Assembly: GCA_027858315.1 (NCBI GenBank)
Contig: JAQICV010000064.1
Location: 4,971-68,970 of the forward strand
DNA: 64,000 nucleotides
From: Candidatus Woesearchaeota archaeon
GTDB lineage: Archaea > Nanobdellota > Nanobdellia > Woesearchaeales > UBA583
Reading direction: 5' to 3'
Part shown: one piece after another, positions 59,876 through 64,000 of the stretch
Layout: each line of letters opens with the position of its first letter
Numbering within the stretch: position 1 is the stretch's first letter
Made by a program: the position numbers and the translations under genes
Notes under the pieces: model-generated
What the model was told of the DNA's origin: nothing
Database searches by the model: none
Seen by the model: only the letters and a program-made list of their open reading frames with translations

Positions 59876-60690
59876 GTTTCACAAATATGCTTAGAGGAAT
59901 TGTAAAGAGGAATCCTAAATTAAAATTAAAATTAAAAAAAGCAAATTCTAAATTAAGTCCTCTACAATATGTACATCAATCCATAATGATGACAATTGGA
60001 AGCGTCATAGCTTTAATAGTTATAATGTATCCTTTTACTAAAAGTAATCCTACTTATATGATATTTGGTGCATTAGGAATGATTTTATTTAGTCCAGTTG
60101 TATATAAATTTTGGTTTAGTTATGTTGATGTTTTAATTCAAAAATATGGGCGAGAATTAGAAGGTGACTTATTATTTGTTTCAGAATATTTACTTGTAAG
60201 TTTGGAGAGTGGTTTGCCTATCGGAAATTCAATTGAAAACTTAAGTAAAATTGACAGACCAGGAGGTAAATTTTTCAAAAGAATTTATACTGAATTTAAA
60301 ACAGGAAAAAGTTTTGAAGATGCATTTGATGAAGGGTCAAGATTCGCCCCAGTAGAATCAGCTAAAAACCTAATTAAAAGATTAAAGGATAGTTTAGAAA
60401 TTGGTGTAGATTTAAAAGGAGTATTGGTAAGTTTTATTGAAGAATCTTCTGAGAAAAAATTAATGGAAGTAAAATCTTTTTCTAAAAAATTAAATCCAAT
60501 TATTATGATGTATTTACTTTTAGGAATCGTTCTACCTTCACTTGGTGTAACTTTTTTAATATTAGGTATAACTATGCTAGATAGTGCTCCCGAGCTATTA
60601 AGAATTATCTTGATATTTATTTTTTTGCTAATGTTTGCTTTCCAATATCTATCATATACTTCGTTCAAATTTAGTAGGTCAACAATATAA
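59872..60690 (+). CDS. type II secretion system F-domain platform protein (TadB/FlaJ-like, first half)
   Basis: The T2SSF-like segment LEGDLLFVSEYLLVSLESGLPIGNSIENLS...FEDAF is flanked by TMs. Its ATGA start overlaps the ATPase stop. Confidence 0.75.
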   Translation: MSFTNMLRGIVKRNPKLKLKLKKANSKLSPLQYVHQSIMMTIGSVIALIVIMYPFTKSNPTYMIFGALGMILFSPVVYKFWFSYVDVLIQKYGRELEGDLLFVSEYLLVSLESGLPIGNSIENLSKIDRPGGKFFKRIYTEFKTGKSFEDAFDEGSRFAPVESAKNLIKRLKDSLEIGVDLKGVLVSFIEESSEKKLMEVKSFSKKLNPIIMMYLLLGIVLPSLGVTFLILGITMLDSAPELLRIILIFIFLLMFAFQYLSYTSFKFSRSTI

Positions 60691-60691
60691 A

Positions 60692-61741
60692 ATGGTAGAT
60701 TTAAATAGCTTTAATAAGGAAAAATTCGGGAAGTTTTTAACTCCTGAAAAAATTTATAAATTTAAATATAAATCTGAATTATCATCTCTTTATGAAAAAA
60801 TTTATTTTAACAATATAAACTATAAAATTATTGCAAATTTATTTGCTTTATCAATTTTAATAAGTATCTCACTTTACTTTTATTTATATGAATATATACT
60901 TAGAACTTTTAGCAATTATTTTTATACATTTTTCTACAAATTTTTAATAATATTTCTAACATATTTCATATTGAATTTATTTACTTTTTACTTAGTATTA
61001 TTTAGTTATTATTTCAGACATGAAGCCAAATTTAGAAGAGATGAAGAAGAGATAGAAAATGATTTACCAGGATTTCTTGACAATCTAGTATCAAATCTAA
61101 AAGGAGGAATATCTCTTGAAAAAGCTCTTATGAAAAGTGTAAGACCTGAACAAAAAGCAATGCTTCATGAAGTAACTCTGATTAATCAAAAAATTCTAAT
61201 GGGTGAAAATGTTTATGATGCTCTTAAAGGTTTTAGAAAAAGATTTGATTCACAAATAATTAATAGGACTTTTTTTTTAATTGAAGAAGGAATTAAAAAT
61301 GGAGGAAATATTGCAAAACCTCTAGAGAGGATTTCTCAAAACCTTAAAAGGATTTATGCACTAAATGATGAGATTAAATCAAATTCAGGTGGATTCTCAA
61401 TTGTAATCAAGGCAATCACACTTTTTGTTGCTCCTTTATTGTTTGCTCTAGCTCTTACGCTTCTAACTTTCATGGGTAATTTATTTCAAATGATTCTAAA
61501 AAGTGGTAGTGATTTATTGCCTATCTCAGAATTACCTTCAGAGTATACTGAGTATTTAATAATATTCTCTTATGCAATGATTCTTTTAATCACATTCTTT
61601 TCAAGTCTTATAGCCTCTGAATTAAAGGGAGAGAAATTACATGAATCTATCAAATATCTGCCTGTATATATAATCTCGGCACTTGTAATATATTATTTCA
61701 TGGCTAATCTTTTAGCTTCCTTTTTTGGAGGAATAATTTAA
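60692..61741 (+). CDS. type II secretion system F-domain platform protein (TadC/FlaJ-like, second half)
   Basis: T2SSF-like segment DLPGFLDNLVSNLKGGISLEKALMKSV...YDALKGFRKRF. The ATG at 60692 lies 1 nt after the upstream stop. Confidence 0.75.
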   Translation: MVDLNSFNKEKFGKFLTPEKIYKFKYKSELSSLYEKIYFNNINYKIIANLFALSILISISLYFYLYEYILRTFSNYFYTFFYKFLIIFLTYFILNLFTFYLVLFSYYFRHEAKFRRDEEEIENDLPGFLDNLVSNLKGGISLEKALMKSVRPEQKAMLHEVTLINQKILMGENVYDALKGFRKRFDSQIINRTFFLIEEGIKNGGNIAKPLERISQNLKRIYALNDEIKSNSGGFSIVIKAITLFVAPLLFALALTLLTFMGNLFQMILKSGSDLLPISELPSEYTEYLIIFSYAMILLITFFSSLIASELKGEKLHESIKYLPVYIISALVIYYFMANLLASFFGGII

Positions 61742-61810
61742 TATTATTTTAGATTATTTAACTTTTTAGGGATGACTAAATTATTTAACTAAAATTGATA
61801 AATTATTTTT

Positions 61811-62440
61811 ATGGTTTTTAATAATAGTAAAAGAGGTCAAGCTGCAATCGAGTTTTTAATGACATATGGTTGGATGCTTTTGGTGGTTTTAATAGTAGGA
61901 GCTTTAATATTTAGTTTCGTAGATTTCGGTAATTTATTACCTAATAAAGTAGAATTGAACAATAATGTTATGGCTGCTGGAGCAGAATCTTATGCATCAA
62001 TTGGTACAGCAGCTGCAACAAATTCACATGTTGTAGTAACATTTACATACCAAGGTTCGCAAAGAGTAACAATATCACCTGATGACGCAAGTAGTAAAAT
62101 TGAGAGTGAGCTTGATGGAGATTGTGATTTAATTTGGCTTAAAAATGCTGACACTGATGAAGCAACAGATGTTGGTACTGGTGTAAGTGTTTTAGACCCA
62201 TTAGTTCCGGGTGTTTTCACTGGGATAGTATTTTCAACAGATATCACATTTATTAGTGGTCAAATTGGAGTTGCAATTTATGATTGTTCTGCAGCTGGTC
62301 TACCTGCTCCATATAATACCGGAAATGGATTTAGAGAGAACGATGTTTTAGAGGGAAAGATTACTTTAACTCTAAGAAATGCTAAAACAGATGTACCTGT
62401 TCCAAGTTCAGGTTCAATAAGATTAGCAATAATTAGTTAA
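61811..62440 (+). CDS. archaeal type IV pilin with class III signal peptide
   Basis: N-terminus MVFNNSKRGQAAIEFLMTYGWMLLVVLIVGALIF has a predicted prepilin-peptidase site after RG. Confidence 0.8.
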   Translation: MVFNNSKRGQAAIEFLMTYGWMLLVVLIVGALIFSFVDFGNLLPNKVELNNNVMAAGAESYASIGTAAATNSHVVVTFTYQGSQRVTISPDDASSKIESELDGDCDLIWLKNADTDEATDVGTGVSVLDPLVPGVFTGIVFSTDITFISGQIGVAIYDCSAAGLPAPYNTGNGFRENDVLEGKITLTLRNAKTDVPVPSSGSIRLAIIS

Positions 62441-62466
62441 TCTTTTTTATTATTTTATATTTTCAA

Positions 62467-62973
62467 ATGCAAAAAAAGAAATCCCAATCATCTCTTGAAT
62501 TTTTAATTATTTTTGGTATTGCTTTTACTTTAATTCTAGTTATGGGTGCTCTCTTTTATGGTTTTTTTACAGGAGAGAAAACAACTCTAGATACTAAACA
62601 TCTAGAACAAATAGGATTAAAAATTATGACTGAATCTGAAAAAGTATATTTTTTAGGTAATGGAAATAAAAAAACGATATCTACTGATTTTCCAGAAGGA
62701 ATTACAAATATTTCAATAATTCATTATAATCAATCAAGTTTGAGTTTTGATATTTTAGAAATATCTTATTATGGCGACAAAGACATATACTCTTTATACT
62801 TTCAACCTCAAGAAGAATATGTGCGATTTAATTGTACAAAATGTACGCATGTAACTTCTCTTGCAAAAAATTATTCTTATTATAACCAATCTTCTGATTT
62901 TTCTCAAGGTGCAAAGAGAATAGAAGTTAGAAGTCTTGGAGATTATGTAAGTATAGATTTTGTAAAAGAATAA
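62467..62973 (+). CDS. pilin-like protein with class III signal peptide
   Basis: N-terminus MQKKKSQSSLEFLIIFGIAFTLILVMGALFY. Confidence 0.65.
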   Translation: MQKKKSQSSLEFLIIFGIAFTLILVMGALFYGFFTGEKTTLDTKHLEQIGLKIMTESEKVYFLGNGNKKTISTDFPEGITNISIIHYNQSSLSFDILEISYYGDKDIYSLYFQPQEEYVRFNCTKCTHVTSLAKNYSYYNQSSDFSQGAKRIEVRSLGDYVSIDFVKE

Positions 62974-62974
62974 A

Positions 62975-63634
62975 TTATCTGCTTTTTTCAACACCAATTC
63001 TCAAACAATATTTCTTAATAGGACATTTTGAACAAATCGGACTAATAGGTCTGCAAATATGTTGTCCATGTGCAACAAGATAAGTATTGTATATTATCCA
63101 GTATTTTTTTGGGAGAATTTCTTGTAATTTAAATTCTGTCTCTTCAGGATTTTTAGTTTTTAAAACTCCCAATCTATTTGAAATTCTATGAACATGTACA
63201 TCAACACAAATTGCTGGAATTTGATAACCTTCGGCTAAAACAAGATTTGCAGTTTTTCGTCCCACTCCTTTAAATCTCAAAAGTTCATCTAAATCACTTG
63301 GAACTACTGAATCGTATTTCTCAACTAATGATTTACAAATATCTACAATTTGAATAGACTTTCGTTTATAGAATCCAATAGGATAAATTAATTTTTCAAT
63401 ATCTTTAGAAGAAAGCTCATAGATATCTTCAGGTTTTGTTAATTTTGTGTACAATCTTTTTGATGCTTCAATTGTTACTTCATCTTTAGTTCGAAGACTA
63501 AGAATCGTTGAAATTAAAACTTTAAATGGATCTTTATCTTGAAGAGCAATAAGAGTAATAACTGGAACATTCCAATTTTTAACTTCTTCATCTAAAATAG
63601 AAACAATCTCATCAAAATAATATTTTTGAGTCAT
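62975..63634 (-). CDS. nth: endonuclease III (HhH-GPD DNA glycosylase/lyase)
   Basis: HhH motif LLRFKGVGRKTANLVL and 4Fe-4S ligands CRPISPICSKCPIKKYC (Cx6Cx2Cx5C). The ATG at 63634 lies 1 nt after the upstream stop. Confidence 0.9.
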   Translation of the reverse strand: MTQKYYFDEIVSILDEEVKNWNVPVITLIALQDKDPFKVLISTILSLRTKDEVTIEASKRLYTKLTKPEDIYELSSKDIEKLIYPIGFYKRKSIQIVDICKSLVEKYDSVVPSDLDELLRFKGVGRKTANLVLAEGYQIPAICVDVHVHRISNRLGVLKTKNPEETEFKLQEILPKKYWIIYNTYLVAHGQHICRPISPICSKCPIKKYCLRIGVEKSR

Positions 63635-63635
63635 T

Positions 63636-63962
63636 TTATAATTTTTGAATAATAATGTTTGCAATTTCTACTGAATTTAAATCTAACAAATATTTTTCAT
63701 TCTTTTTAATAAAATTTAGATTTTTCTCAGGGCTAAGTGATTCTTCAATCCTCTTTAATTCTTCAAATTCTTTTTTACTTAAAATCTTTTCAGGAAACTC
63801 ATTTAAATATATAATATATTTTTTTAATTCTAAATCATATTTTTTCTCATCAATTGTTTTTAATCCTGCAAGACAATTTAATATATTCTTCATAATATTT
63901 TGGGAAGGCATTTTCCCTCCAAGTTTATTGATTAATTTTTTGTACTCTTTTGCATCAAACAA
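63636..63962 (-). CDS. hypothetical protein
   Basis: 108-aa ORF tightly coupled to nth. No motif recognised. Confidence 0.4.
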   Translation of the reverse strand: MFDAKEYKKLINKLGGKMPSQNIMKNILNCLAGLKTIDEKKYDLELKKYIIYLNEFPEKILSKKEFEELKRIEESLSPEKNLNFIKKNEKYLLDLNSVEIANIIIQKL

Positions 63963-64000
63963 AAAAGTGTTAAAAATATTTAATTGTTCAAATTTGTCTA

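Overview
This window is a strongly AT-rich, gene-dense archaeal chromosome segment with about 70 genes. Archaeal identity rests on two HMf-type histones, TFB, PCNA, family-B DNA polymerase, an RPA-like SSB, a GINS-like protein, ribosomal proteins eS6, S27ae, uL11 and uL15, archaeal-type ProRS and LeuRS, and pilins with class III signal peptides. The small scattered ribosomal genes, extreme AT content, surface proteins and pilus locus suggest a small-genome, DPANN-like lineage; this is inference only. I found one tRNA (Trp-CCA, intronless). I saw no rRNA, CRISPR array, transposase or integrase. Many genes carry a TTTATATA-like box 25-30 nt upstream of the ATG, which suggests mostly leaderless transcripts; a few have GGAG or GGTGA Shine-Dalgarno motifs. 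The observations most worth a second look are listed here. (1) A type IV pilus locus at 54.8-63.0 kb with an ATPase, a split platform protein, two pilins and three tightly coupled genes of unknown function. (2) Two bacterial-type peptidoglycan hydrolases in an archaeal genome: a PF11860-like muramidase and an Amidase_2/PGRP-type amidase. (3) A 29-nt element (27/29 identical) immediately upstream of the TATA boxes of two different peroxiredoxin genes, next to a divergent Lrp/AsnC regulator, with a possible half-site at trxB. (4) A 460-bp polB-gatA intergenic region with GTTTGTTT-core repeats in inverted orientation, which could be an origin or a complex control region. (5) A block of bacterial-type genes: DnaJ without DnaK, an HD-GYP-like protein with GYP replaced by GHF, an ABC-F ATPase, and MutL further on. 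(6) A DUF4105 gene interrupted by an A10 tract directly after its ATG. All functional calls come from motif recognition by eye. No database search was run.
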